Shown here: positions 39,571 to 51,305 of the stretch, piece by piece
How positions within the stretch are numbered: the first letter of the stretch is position 1
Layout: each line of letters starts with the position of its first letter
Assembly (NCBI GenBank): GCA_965112155.1
Contig: OZ218103.1
Source: Podarcis liolepis
Lineage: Eukaryota
Direction: 5' to 3' (one strand)
Length of the DNA stretch: 64,000 nt
The notes under the pieces: model-generated
Database searches by the model: none
What the model saw: the letters and a program-made list of their open reading frames with translations, nothing else
Told to the model about the DNA's origin: nothing
Made by a program: the position numbers and the translations under genes

Positions 39571-40284
39571 ACTAGCATCCTTTCTCATTCCTGGATGGAT
39601 CTTCTCATTCACTGGTACATCATCCCCCAGAGGGGTTTTTCTTCCTGTTCTTCCAGTTCCCCACAATCCTGACTTACAGCCTTCTGCTTTGAATTGCCAC
39701 CCACCTGTGTAAGACAAGGTGTTCTGAGCCGTGAAGCTGAGTCTTCCGGGGTTAACGTCAGGAGGAGTCTAGCTATATTGGCGGGAGTGAAAATCCCAGA
39801 GCCGGCTGGGCAGCTGCTAAGATCCCTCCATTGCAGGGCAACCTAGGATAGTGTGGAGGTGGGGGCTGACTGCAGATAATGCACTCAAGCCATCTGCTCC
39901 ATCCTTGGACCTTTGAGAGCAGGCTCCCTTTGATCTGGGCTCCGTGGGAGAGGCTACCCTTTTAACATTTCATGCAGCCCCTCAACTGTGTCTGTGATGT
40001 TTAGCATGGAGGATGATGCTGATTTAAAGGTGCAGAGATGTGATGGATGGGGGGGGGGGTTTAGAAGCCAAGGGATTAAGCATTCCTTACTACAAGGGGA
40101 TTAGGGTGGTGGGATAGTGGAGGCGGATGAGATGAGACACAAAATGGGAAGGAGCAGATCATTGGCAGTAAGCTGTTGGGGAGACATTAACTAGGTCAGA
40201 GGCTCTGAGGGCAGCAGGTCCTCTTGAGCTTTATGCTCTAGAATAGGGATGGAGAACCTGTGGCCCTCCAGATGTTGTTGAATT

Positions 40285-41180
40285 ATTATTATCTATTATT
40301 AACTTGGTTTCTTACTTGCCCTTCACCACAGGGTCCCAGGGCAGGTTACAGCAATCCAGAAGACCGTATTGAAACCAGTTAAAAACAAATACAATGGAAA
40401 AGAACAGGATGGGTCTTAAAAATAGGTATCTCAGGTGTCAAAGGTCAGGGTAAAGAGGTACGGTACATCTTCAGCATATGATCTTGCAGACATGACACCT
40501 TTGTGGGGAGGATATTCTGTAACTTAGGTCTGCCGTAGAGAATGTCCTCTTCTGAGCTGCCACACCCTGAATATCTGAGGGTGGTGGAGCTTCCAAGAGG
40601 GCCTCCTCTGTTGATCAGAATATAGGAGATCCATGGGAAAGGAGGCAGTCTTTCAGATATTTGGGGCCTAAGTTGTTTAGGGATTTAAATACTAATGTGA
40701 GCACCTTGAATCAGACCTGGAAATCAATGGGCAACAAGTGTGACTGTTTTGAAACAGGGGCCTTATGAGCTCTAAACAGAACCCTATCTGTCTGCTGCAT
40801 TTTGGACAAGTTGAAGTTTCAGAGTCGTCTTCAAGGTTAGCCCCACGTTGGAAGAGTACATTGTAATAATCAAGCCTGGAAGTTACAATAGCATGGAGTA
40901 CGGTGTCCAAGTCATTTCTGAGAGCCAGTGTGGTGTAGTGATTAAGAGCGATAGGCTCGCAATCTGGGGAACCACTCCTCTGCTCCTCCACTTGCAGCTG
41001 CTGTGTGACCTTGGGCTAGTCACACTTCTCTGAAGCCTCTCAACCCTACTCACCTCACAGGGTGTTTGTTGTGGGGGAGGAAGGGAAAGGAGAATGTTAG
41101 CTGCTTTGAGACTCCTTCGGGTAGTGATAAAGCGGGATATCAAATCCAAACACTTCTTCTGTCCAAAGGTAGCTGTAGCT
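40285..41180 (-). mobile_element. L2 LINE 3' fragment, interrupted by a SINE
   Basis: Minus-strand TVLHAIVTSRLDYYNVL matches the L2 ORF2 'HALVTSRLDYCN' motif. Confidence 0.75.
40920..41160 (+). mobile_element. tRNA-derived SINE with (TCT)n tail
   Basis: gagagccagtgtggtgtagtg head, cctcacagggtgtttgttgtggggg core, gatatcaaatccaaac...ttcttct end. Confidence 0.75.
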
Positions 41181-41861
41181 TCAAAATGCAGCTCTCATCT
41201 TGCCTGGGTGTTGGCCAAGCTGGCTGTGGTTGGTGAGAGTTGGAGTCCAACAGCATCTAGAGGACCACAGCTTTCCTGTCCATCATCTAGGAAAACAGAA
41301 GCATTCTCCATGCAGGCGGATTGGAGTGATACATGAAAAACCCCTATGGTTTTTTTTGGGCGCAGATGCCAGAGCACAAGATGCACTTACCTCACATCAG
41401 TTGTGGGTTGTTCACGTGTGCTTAAATGGCTTCATTTCTTGGAAACATACACAGAAGTAGGAAGCTGATGGTTTCCCAGCCAACACTTCTGTGCGTTTTG
41501 CCGAGGAAAAGTCTGTATTGTTGAACTTGGATATATGTTCTTGATTGCAAAAAAGCATAGAAGAAATGGCTTCTAGCCAGTCTCTGAGCCATGTTTTGCC
41601 CCCTTGCAGAAAAAACTGTTGACCTAAAATTCCAAGGGCACGTTCCAGAAGTGGGATAGTCTGCAGTCCTCCATTCTGTGCTTAGCTCCTTTGCTCTTTT
41701 CAGGCACATTTGCATAGCAGGACTATGCTGATGGTCACACATTAAAGGCATGCAGCTCTTATTAAGGGGATTGGATGCGATGCTGGATGTGGTCCCAGTT
41801 TAACACATGTGCACCATATTTCAGCCAGCACTTATCCTCCTGCAGCCCACATGGCTGATGA

Positions 41862-41981
<120 letters not shown>

Positions 41982-42915
41982 TGATGCCAATGAAGACTCA
42001 GATGTCAAACTGGCTGTTGCAGTCAATGAGAAGGGCGTCCCATGGAAAAAGGACCTTTCTTTTCCAGAGACCTGTCACATACTTCTGCTTGGATGACTCT
42101 CTGAGAGTGCAGATAAACAGCTTGGTTTCTTGTATCCCAGGTAGATACATGTTTAAACAACTGCTTTAGGGGTAATTTGCGCAAACAAATTGCTATGCTG
42201 AGTGTGTGGCATGGGTGCACTGAGTTCAGCACATGTTGAAATTGGCATGTTACTGTTTTGCCATGCACTCTGCTCACAATTCGATCCATGTTTCCTATGC
42301 CACCTACCTCTGCCAAATCTGTCATGACATGACAAATTTGGTTAGGTTGTAAGCTGCGCATGGTGATGACAGCTTTGTCTCATTCTAATGTCTCCATCTA
42401 TGGTTTGCTCATTTTGTATGTGTCTATTGGCCCTTTGTCCCAAACAGTTCCAAACAGTCTTGCTTTTACACCTTAATCAATGGCACTGGCCAAATAATTG
42501 ATTTTTTCTATCCTTTAAAAAGAGATTTTGCCCAACTTGAGGTAGATATCGTATCTGCCCTGCCCTTGAAGGTGTGCTGCAAATAAATTTGATATATATA
42601 GTAGGATCTTTAATAGCTCTCTTTATCCCACTGCCTCCGAATGACTTATTTTCCCTAAAGCTTTCTACTGCTAGGCTTTGAGTTACTGGTCAGCTGTCTT
42701 TTGCTATTTGTTCTGCTGTTTCTTCATAAGCTCTACATGAACTGTTGTAAGTCATGTTCCCGTCTGCTGATTTCCCATGTCCTGTATTTGACAGTTAGCC
42801 ATCTCTTGGGGCCAATTCTCACTGTTGCTTCCTCTCTCCTCCCCAGGAGAGTACAATAACTGTGTGGAAAAGAGTACTGTATGCAAAATATAAGGCGAAA
42901 ATGGTGGCATGAGTA

Positions 42916-43155
42916 CAGTGGTACCTCGGGTTACAGACGCTTCAGGTTACAGGTGCTTCAGGTTACAGACCGCTAACCCAGAAATATTACCTTGGGTTAA
43001 GAACTTTGCTTCAGGATGAGAATAGAAATCGTGTGGCGGTGGCGCAGTGGCAGCAGGAGGCCCCATTAACTAAAGTGGTATCTCAGGTTAAGAACAGTTT
43101 CAGGTTAAGAATGGACCTCCAGAACGAATTAAGTTCTTAACCCGAGGTACCACTG
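42916..43155. mobile_element. Tc1/mariner (pogo/Tigger-like) MITE
   Basis: Perfect 18-bp TIRs CAGTGGTACCTCGGGTTA and TA duplication (42914-42915, 43156-43157). Confidence 0.9.
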
Positions 43156-43973
43156 TAATTCATTTCTTCTTCTTCTCCACACTTGTGCTAGGGAGCTGAT
43201 AGATTCCCTAGATCTGAGTCACGCATACAGGGAGGAGAAAATGGACTTGATGGTGGTCATTCGCCTATTAGGTTTTATTTGCTGCTTCCTCTATTTATAC
43301 AGATTGTGTTGGGAAAACTTTAGCTTCCTATTTGGGAAAGTGAAGCAAGCAGAGGGTATCACTTGCAGGTTCTCGTCTTCTGAATCTGAGCAGTTGCTTT
43401 TCTCACTTCAGGGCAGTGCAAGCAATGTTGTGACAGGTTCAAAAGGGTCCAAGAGCGGCTGGTTGCCTTTCCCTGCACTTGAGCGCTTTTCTTTATGTCT
43501 TTCGGGCAGCTCATAAAACATGGACTGGATTCTTGGATTTCTTTTCTTCTTTTAAGACCCTCCTTTCCAGTAATGACTCCCACTTATTTTGTTGCAAAGC
43601 TTCTCTCCTTTGTGGTCCTTTTGATTACAGAGCTGGCTAAGATGCTGTCAAAGGTGCAGGCCCTGTTTCATGAAGAGATTGTGAAAATGCAAATCTCCTT
43701 TTCCATCACTCTCCTCATTTACAAGCCCAGTTTTGTATCCAACAAAGTTATACGCAGAGCAGGCTCCTTGGCATTGATGAACCGTACCTTAGTCACGTCC
43801 ATTAATTTCAGCAAGTCTACTTTGCATCTGACTGACTTGGCTACAACCTCCAGACTCCCCCCAGTTTGAGCCCTTTGGAGATAATCAGAATCTGTGGTTA
43901 TTTTGTAGACATTCGCTTTGGGACTGGCAAAGAGAACTCAGCTTGGCTCATTGGCTGCCTCATACTGCAAACT

Positions 43974-44548
43974 CAGACCCTCCAAGTGTCCCTATTTTCC
44001 AGGGACGTCCCTGATTTAGATAAGCTGTCCTTGTTTCTGATTTGATCCAGGAATGTCCCACTTTTCCTTAGGATGTCTCTATTTTCATTGGAGAAATGTT
44101 GGAGGGTATGGAGTTATCCCACCCCTGAGTGGTCTGAAGGCAATCCTGTACAGTGCTACCTCTGTATAAGTCTGCCCCATCCAGCGTCCATTTCGGCGGA
44201 AGTCCGCAGCAAACCCAGAAGTACCAAAATGGGTTACTTCCGGGTTTGCTGCTCATGCATGCGCAGAAGCGCAAACTGCTCCGCATGTGTGCGCAGAGCG
44301 GTGCTTTGTTGAGCATTCTTTTTGTCGAGCGTCCGGGGCTCTGGAACAGATCGTGGACTCAAAACAAGGTATCACTGTATAGGGAAGTTTTTTTAAAAGT
44401 TTAATGTTTATTATGTATTTATATATGATGGAAACTTCCCTGAATGGCTGGGGCAACGCAACAGTTAGATGTGTGAAGTATAAATAGTAAAATTATCATT
44501 ATGGAATGGGACACCCCTGTTTTCATCACTGAAATGTTGGAGGCTTTG
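43974..44548. mobile_element. Non-autonomous DNA transposon, superfamily uncertain
   Basis: Imperfect TIRs CAGACCCTCCAA / TTGGAGGCTTTG, an internal extra terminus near 44110, and a possible 6-bp TSD CAAACT/CAAGCT. Confidence 0.5.
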
Positions 44549-47500
44549 CAAGCTGTTATTGTGCCCTTTATTCAAATAAGAAGCAAATTAACCCTTAGGA
44601 ATGGGAACACATTTGCAAACTCTTAAAGTGCAGTGATAAGGCTTCTGCTGTGCATGGTGTCACATTCTGTGTGGGGAAAAAATAATTGTGTGAAGATCAT
44701 CTGGTGTTCTGGGAAGGAGCTCTCAGGGTCAAACTAAACATGAGTTAAGCACAGGTTGGAATTGTTTCTCTTTACGAAAAGCAACCACAGCAGGGGCCCT
44801 GGTCTGGATCAGGACCATGGGACCATTTTCCTGCTGGAACTCCCCCTTGAAGCTACTTGCCCTTATTTAATTCCTGCCCCACCCCCAGTTGGAGTAAATA
44901 GCAGCTGGGGTGATTTCTCTGCAGGAAAATGGTGCAGGAGGTTAAGCCCCTTTCCCCCATGTCATGTTACTGATCCCAATGGGTGGAGGGCATTTTAGAG
45001 AAAGGAATATGGTCAATTTCAACCACCTGCCTTAAAGAGAGGCTTAAAGTCACCTCTAGTGTGAGCCCTAAGTGTGTCCATGCCTAAAAGAGAGGAGGTA
45101 AACGTTTGAGCTTGCTTACTTGCTTTCTGTTTTCTGCCATATGTACATAAGCCGGAGTCATCTACATTTGCAGGCAGAAGATGGCAATCAGGGAAGCTGA
45201 TTCTACCCCTGCCATCCTCTGTCAGCTGGCTGACCCTGTGTGTTGGTTGTTCATCCATCCTGTTGCTCTTGTGCTCCTTTCTTGGTTGGCTCACAATGAA
45301 ACTTTCATGCTTTTTTTGGGGGGGGGGGGTCAGAGTACCTGCTCTGCCTCCTAGAAGTTCCTGCCCTTTCTGCTGACATCCTAGAGACAGGAAGCCAGGG
45401 AAGAGTCGGAGCCATCTGTGACTTAGAAAGAGAAGCAGTGTGGATGTGCACTCTCTGTGGCAAGCCGCACAGTTGTTCCTTGTAGCTGTTTCTCTGCGAC
45501 AGTTGACCTAGTGCTAAGTCCTTAGCCCTCTTGCCCCCACCCCCAATTCTAATTCAGTCCACTGCTGAAATCTGTCTGGATAGCAGTAAGAAAACTCAAT
45601 GCCGAAGGGATTTGCACGTTGCGTTGTTTCTACCATATGTTTGTATTCGCTTAATGCGATGTGGAATTGGCCATGCACCCCTTCCCCAGAGCGGGGAGTT
45701 AAGCTGCTCAGACAGTACTGTTCCGTTGGGGCTGCCCCACTCTTTGTCACCCAGGAGTTGCCAGTGAGGCAGATTCCCTCTGCCCAGCTTCTTTGCTTCA
45801 TGGAGTCAAATGATTCCACAGCAAATAAGTTGCTCCAGTTCAATTTGCACAGTGGCAAGATCCTGCCAGTCAATGGCTTGCGCAAATAAAGACGGCTTCC
45901 CATCCATTGCTGTGTTTGCCATGTACCTAATAACTTCCTGCCATTTCACTCTTACCCACTCCATCCCTATAGCTTTCTAGGAATTCCTTAGTTAATGCTA
46001 TATTGAAAAATTGTCACATTTTTAAAAAAATAAATAAATTCTACATCAGTTAATGAGAAAAGTAAATGCCTTTGAATATTAACAGAAAGGAGAAAAATGT
46101 TTGGTGCAACAATATGTTAAGCTGAAAACCCTGCAGCCACTGAAATTCTAAAGACATTCTCAAGTGACCTGAGAGAAAGGCGGAACGGAAGCCTCTTAAG
46201 CAGGAGAAAAAAACTTTCAAAGAACTGGAGGGCAGGTTTTGGCAGTGGCAATGGCTGCAGAAGAACGAGGCCAATGGAAAGCAAAGCTCCTCAATTCTCA
46301 CCAGAAGAACTCTGCCACTGATTTCCTGCGGGTAGTTTTGGCAAGTTTCAGTAGCTTACCTCTCCTCCAACCCTGCTTAAAAATAAAATAAAAAGGGCTT
46401 TGAGACAATGTTATCCAAACACTGATGCCTGGAAAGTCACCAAAGACTGACAGTGATGCCAGTTTAGGATTCCAGGCACCTCACGCCTTCAGTGTTGGGT
46501 GAATGTAGGAAGGGTGTGGGTGTGCATAGGGCCAGAGAGCTGGACTTGCCAGGCAGTAGAATTGCCTAATTTTGTACATGATGCATGTACAAAGTATGTA
46601 CATGCCCTGCATACTATTAATGGGGGGGGGGGTTTGCAGTGTGTAATTTCTTCCCACCAGCCCTGCATTGTTGGGAGAAGTCCCACCTCTCCAGAAGTTT
46701 TCCTCTGCAGCAATCACACAGAATTGTTCTTGTGGCACAGAATTGTTGTTGTGTATTGATTATTTCAATCTTCCTAAGTAATCAAAAACTATTCTCCGCC
46801 CTCTGAGCCATGGCTGTTGTTTTGCCATCTGAAGGATCGCTCAGACAGATTTGTCTCCCCATGTATGTGCTTCTGCCATTTTTGCTTGTACAGACCCCAT
46901 TTGTGGACTAATCTTAATTGCTTCTGCTGACTCCCTTTGAACCTAGATCCCTAATTAACCCATGTCTGTGCCGGGACGCATCTTGCAAATTCTGCAACCC
47001 TCTATCTCCCTGGATTTCATGCTTTGCTCTTCTAATGGGATTCTGCCTCCCCCGCACCCAGTAGCAAATCCCCTTGATTTTCCCACAGTTTCTCCAGACA
47101 ATTACAGGGTAGCATCTGGGGAAGCTGGCTTATCAACAGTGCCTTAGTGGCATGCAGTTTTCTCAGTGTCGTGGCACGGAGAGAGTCCAGCAGCACACCA
47201 GAGTCATGGAACATGAATAGAGAAGGCTCTCAGTCAGTTGTGGCATGGGCTCTAGGGCTCATCTATCTTTGGTCCTGTATGTGAGACTGATGTTTTCTGG
47301 GCAGCTCCAGACCTCCCCTTCAGAGTTGTAGGGGTAAGGAAGAAGAGGGTTGCACTCAGAACATAGTGTATCTCATCAGTGATGCTGATCTGGATTGAGG
47401 AGGCCAGATGGCAACTGGAGGAAGGGGGGAGGCCATTCAGGATTGCCATGGGCTTGATGGAAGGACTGGAATTGGTGCCCTATGTATGCTGTGATGAGGT

Positions 47501-48805
47501 GATTGATAGATTACAAACATAATAGACAGAATGTCTTGAATGTATTAGGACAACGTTCTGGGACTTTGCGGCTGGGTTCAACTCATGAAGGACTTCTGCT
47601 AGCACAGTGGAGTCACTGGGGGAGGAAGGGGGTGCGGTGGGTGTAGCTCGCCCCGGGTGTCATCCCTGAGGGGGGTGACATTGCTGCCCTGCCCCCCTGG
47701 GATGCTTGCCACACACCCTGCCCCCGTGGGCGGCTAGCCACACCCCTGGGTGCACAGCATGTGTGCTGCTTTGGGTGTCGGATCAGCTAGCTCCACCTTT
47801 GAGTGGAGTTCCCTTCTCTCTCCTCCCCCAAATCTGCTGTGGAGGGTCAGGAAAACTCCCACAACAGATTGGTGGGAAGAGCTGAGAGATAGTTCCACCC
47901 AGCAAGCAGAAATACTTACAATGGCAGAACTATCGCCTTATAGTGTGATGACGAATTCCACCATCAATTTTCCACTATCCTGCTATTGACTCCTGTCCAC
48001 CACAACCACCCTCCAACCATCTCTCTGATTCTTCCTTTACTTAGCTGTAAGTTTGGTGTGAATGGATTTCCTTCTTCCAACAAGGTGCAGCCTTTTGGCA
48101 GAAACGAACCGGGAAAGAGAGAACAAGGTTGCTGGAATCTCAGCTAAGGCCCAAGAGCGTCCTGGAGAGCCTCTTCTCCTGGCTTGGAATGTGTTGTAGG
48201 TGGGCAGCAGAAGGGCTCTCTCCCAAAGGAAAGCATCGCCCGGGACCTCTGCCAAAGAGCATGGCTTTTCCTTCATGCCTGACAGGCAAGCTGGGCTCCA
48301 ACCGTTGCCATGGCAGCTAGTACCCTTCACCAAACAATGTGGGGAAACCACATGTAGATTTTCTGCTGGAGCTTTGGCTGCAGCCAGGCAGATGGCTGGG
48401 GGTCTCTTGGGCGGATGCCACCCAAACCCACATCGCAGCTACATTGACACTTTGGCCTTGGGCTTCCTGTATATATTCCCACCCTCCCTCAGAAGTGCAG
48501 CCCCTGAGCTCTCTTCCCTCACACCTCTCACCCCTCTAATCCTCTGTGTTTCGGTTCATTTTCTCCTGGCAGCTTGAACAAGGCAGAGCGTAAGGGGCAC
48601 AAAAGTTTCCCGTCGAAAGAGAAGGGATTATCAGCCACTCCTGTCTTGAGTATTTGAGGCACGCATTCTCCAGCTCCTCGAGAGCCCTTTAGCTGTTACA
48701 AGAACAGCACTCCTGAGCCTGCTGTTTGCAGATATTCATGGTCCTTTGCAGGATCAAGAGGATGGGGAGCAAAAAAGGGGGGTCTTCCAGGTTGATCTAA
48801 AGGTA

Positions 48806-48807
<2 letters not shown>

Positions 48808-48874
<67 letters not shown>
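48808..48874. repeat. Compound (GT)n(AG)n microsatellite
   Basis: Seen directly. Confidence 0.97.
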
Positions 48875-48877
<3 letters not shown>

Positions 48878-49187
48878 GGCGGCAGTAGTGAGAGAGCTAT
48901 CAGAGGTGAGCTAAGAGCTGAGTGCCTAAAGGCTCCTTCAGACTGGTGTTTTTTGTGGGTGGTTGAATGTGCCCTAAAAGCTCACCCACACATACTTTCT
49001 TTTTCTGCTCATTTCTAGGCATAGGTCTGTGCTTTGAAGCTCTCGTGGGGGTGTTCATTGATGTAAAAATTGTGCATTAGTGAGGGGATTTATACTGGAC
49101 TGCCCACACATCACTCTGGTTAGTTCTGTGATGCTTCACCAATACTATTCCATTATTGATATCTGGGAAAGGGGGCACTCTTGCACT

Positions 49188-49255
49188 TTGTTGTTGTTTA
49201 GTCGTTTAGTCGTGTCCGACTCTTCGTGACCCCATGGACCGGAGCATGCCAGGCA
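49188..49255 (-). mobile_element. Bov-B 3' tail fragment
   Basis: ttgttgtttagtcgtttagtcgtgtccgactcttcgtgaccccatggacc is the reverse complement of the 15200-15277 tail. Confidence 0.8.
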
Positions 49256-49721
49256 ACAAAAGTGGGACAAAAAAAATAAAAAGCTTAAGGATTTCAGCGG
49301 GAAGTTACAGGATGTCCAGTGACTGGTAACAAAGCAGCATGACTGTCCTGAAACTTTTGCAGGTGCAAACAGTATTGAAAGTGGGGCCTTGCGACCTTCA
49401 TGACCATAGATTACAATGACTTCACAGTCAAAAGGGCATTGGGAGGGACCCTAAATCAGGAAATCAGAGCTGAGGGTGTATCAGAGCCAGGAAGATTTTG
49501 TGGCTCAGTCCAGAGAAGGAAGCTCCTGTCCAGGAGAACCCATTTACCAGTTTGGATGACTGAGATCTGGCCACAGCCTGAGAATATTTCACTGCCTGTA
49601 AAGCTTTCCTGTGCCATAGTTCTGATTGCTCACCATGCAGGGCTTCTGCACAAAGAACCAAATGTTCCTGGTTTGATCCCCCAACAAATCTCTTCCACAA
49701 TTCCTCTTGTCCTGCTGCTTT

Positions 49722-50198
49722 ACCCTGGGGGAAACCACTCTTTAGCGCTCAATCAGAGCAAATGGCAATTTGGGTTGCTTGCAGATTGCTCTTTGTTTCA
49801 GTTTAGAGCTAAAGAGCGAGCTTTTCCTGGGAAAGGAGCAGGGCAGGGGAGAAACCACTTTGACCCATGCTTTCTAGGCACAGGACACGTAGAAGTATGA
49901 ACAAGCCCTAAGGGCTTATAGACACTTACCTTTGCTCCTCATTTGTAGGCACAGGTCTGCACTTTAACACTCCTTGTCTGAGTGCTTTTCTTTTTTTTAC
50001 CCCCAGCGCTTTCTCCACGAAAACCTGCTCTTTACCTCTAAATTGGAGTAATTCAGGAAACCTGAATTACTGTTTGTTCCAATTCAGTATTAAAGAATAG
50101 GTTTTCCTGCGGCATTTTTTATTTTTTAAAAAGTGCTCGGACCCTGACTGGGAAAACGGATACCTGTGCCTAGAAAGCTTGGGTAGGTATGGATGAGC
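49722..50198. mobile_element. Two adjacent PIF/Harbinger-like MITEs
   Basis: Junction ...gtatgaacaagccc TAA gggcttatagac... Sequence 49722-49908 recurs inverted at 62282-62466. Confidence 0.55.
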
Positions 50199-50803
50199 AG
50201 AACCATATTTACGATTCTTTGAAAGTGACTTTCCAAAACATGAGCCAAATGCCACTGAAAAGAATTTTGGCTTGCATTCTCTAATCTTGGCAGAATTTGT
50301 ATATCACGTACCAGATAAATGGGTATCTGTTCTGGATATTGATTTTCATACTATACTCTACAATTCTATGATTTTTTTCCTGCAGAAATGGTGCTGAGGC
50401 TCTTGTCCTCTTCCTAGCCTAGTTGGCATCCTGCACAGATGGGGAGCTAGCCCAATAAGCATCTAGGATGTCATGAGACAATGGAGGGATGTAGCGGTGG
50501 CTCATCATCCTCCACTTTCCTTGGTTGCCCTCACCTTTGTCTCTCGCCCCTGACAGCATCCGATATGCATTTAGGTTCAGCTGCCATGTGATGGCCAGGG
50601 TGGGTGGGTTCAACTTAGTGTTGGCAAGGATTGGGATCCTCAGGCCCAGAGGCTTGACTATTGTCTCTTGCCAGCCTATCTGGCACTTGGGATCCACCAT
50701 AGGCATCCCAATCCTATATCCTCCTCAAGAGCTTCTGCCTATCCAGAACGTTTCCTTGATTAGTGGCAATGCCTCTTGCTTGTCTGGACAGAGGTGTGGG
50801 GAA

Positions 50804-50987
50804 CCGCTGTAGCTCAGTGGTAGGGCATCTGCCTTGCATGCAGAAGGTCCCAAGTTCCATCCCTGACATCCCCAGGTAGGGGTGGGAGAAGACTCCCTGC
50901 CTGAAACCCGGGAGAGCCATTGCTAGCAGTGTAGACAGTTCTGAGAAAGGTGAACCAATGGTCTCATGTAGCATAAAGCATCTTCCT
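50804..50987 (+). mobile_element. tRNA-Ala-like-head SINE
   Basis: gtagctcagtggtagggcatctgccttgcatgcagaaggtcccaagttc head. Related copies at about 33705-33875 (+) and 23575-23740 (-). Confidence 0.7.
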
Positions 50988-51173
50988 CTCTCTCTGTGTG
51001 TATGTGTGAAGAAACCTCCTGATTTGTGGTATGTCTGGAATGTAAAAAGGTAAAAAAAGAAGAAGGTAAGGGTAGTCTCTGTTGCCCTGCCTACTTTTGC
51101 CCTTGGAGCCCCAGGAAGCTTGCCCATAAGGGAATGTGACCCTTGGGCTGCAAAATGTGTCCCAGGGTCACCT

Positions 51174-51305
51174 TTAGAGTTGGAAGGGACCCCAAGGGTC
51201 ATCTAGTCCAACCCCCTGCAATGCAGGAATATTCCACCCAGTTTGGGGCTCGAACCCACAACTCTGAGATTAGGAGTCCCATGCTCTACCACCTGAGCTA
51301 TCTAT
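51174..51305 (-). mobile_element. tRNA-Lys-like-head SINE with CR1 3' tail
   Basis: Minus strand TAGCTCAGGTGGTAGAGCATGGGACTCCTAATCTCAGAGTTGTGGGTTCGAGCCCC, then GCAGGGGGTTGGACTAGATGACCCTT...CCAACTCTA. Confidence 0.8.

Noticed and set aside
51233-51305. Possible tRNA gene with CCT anticodon
   Set aside because: The acceptor stem does not pair, there is no oligo-T terminator, and it is fused to a CR1 tail, so it is a SINE head
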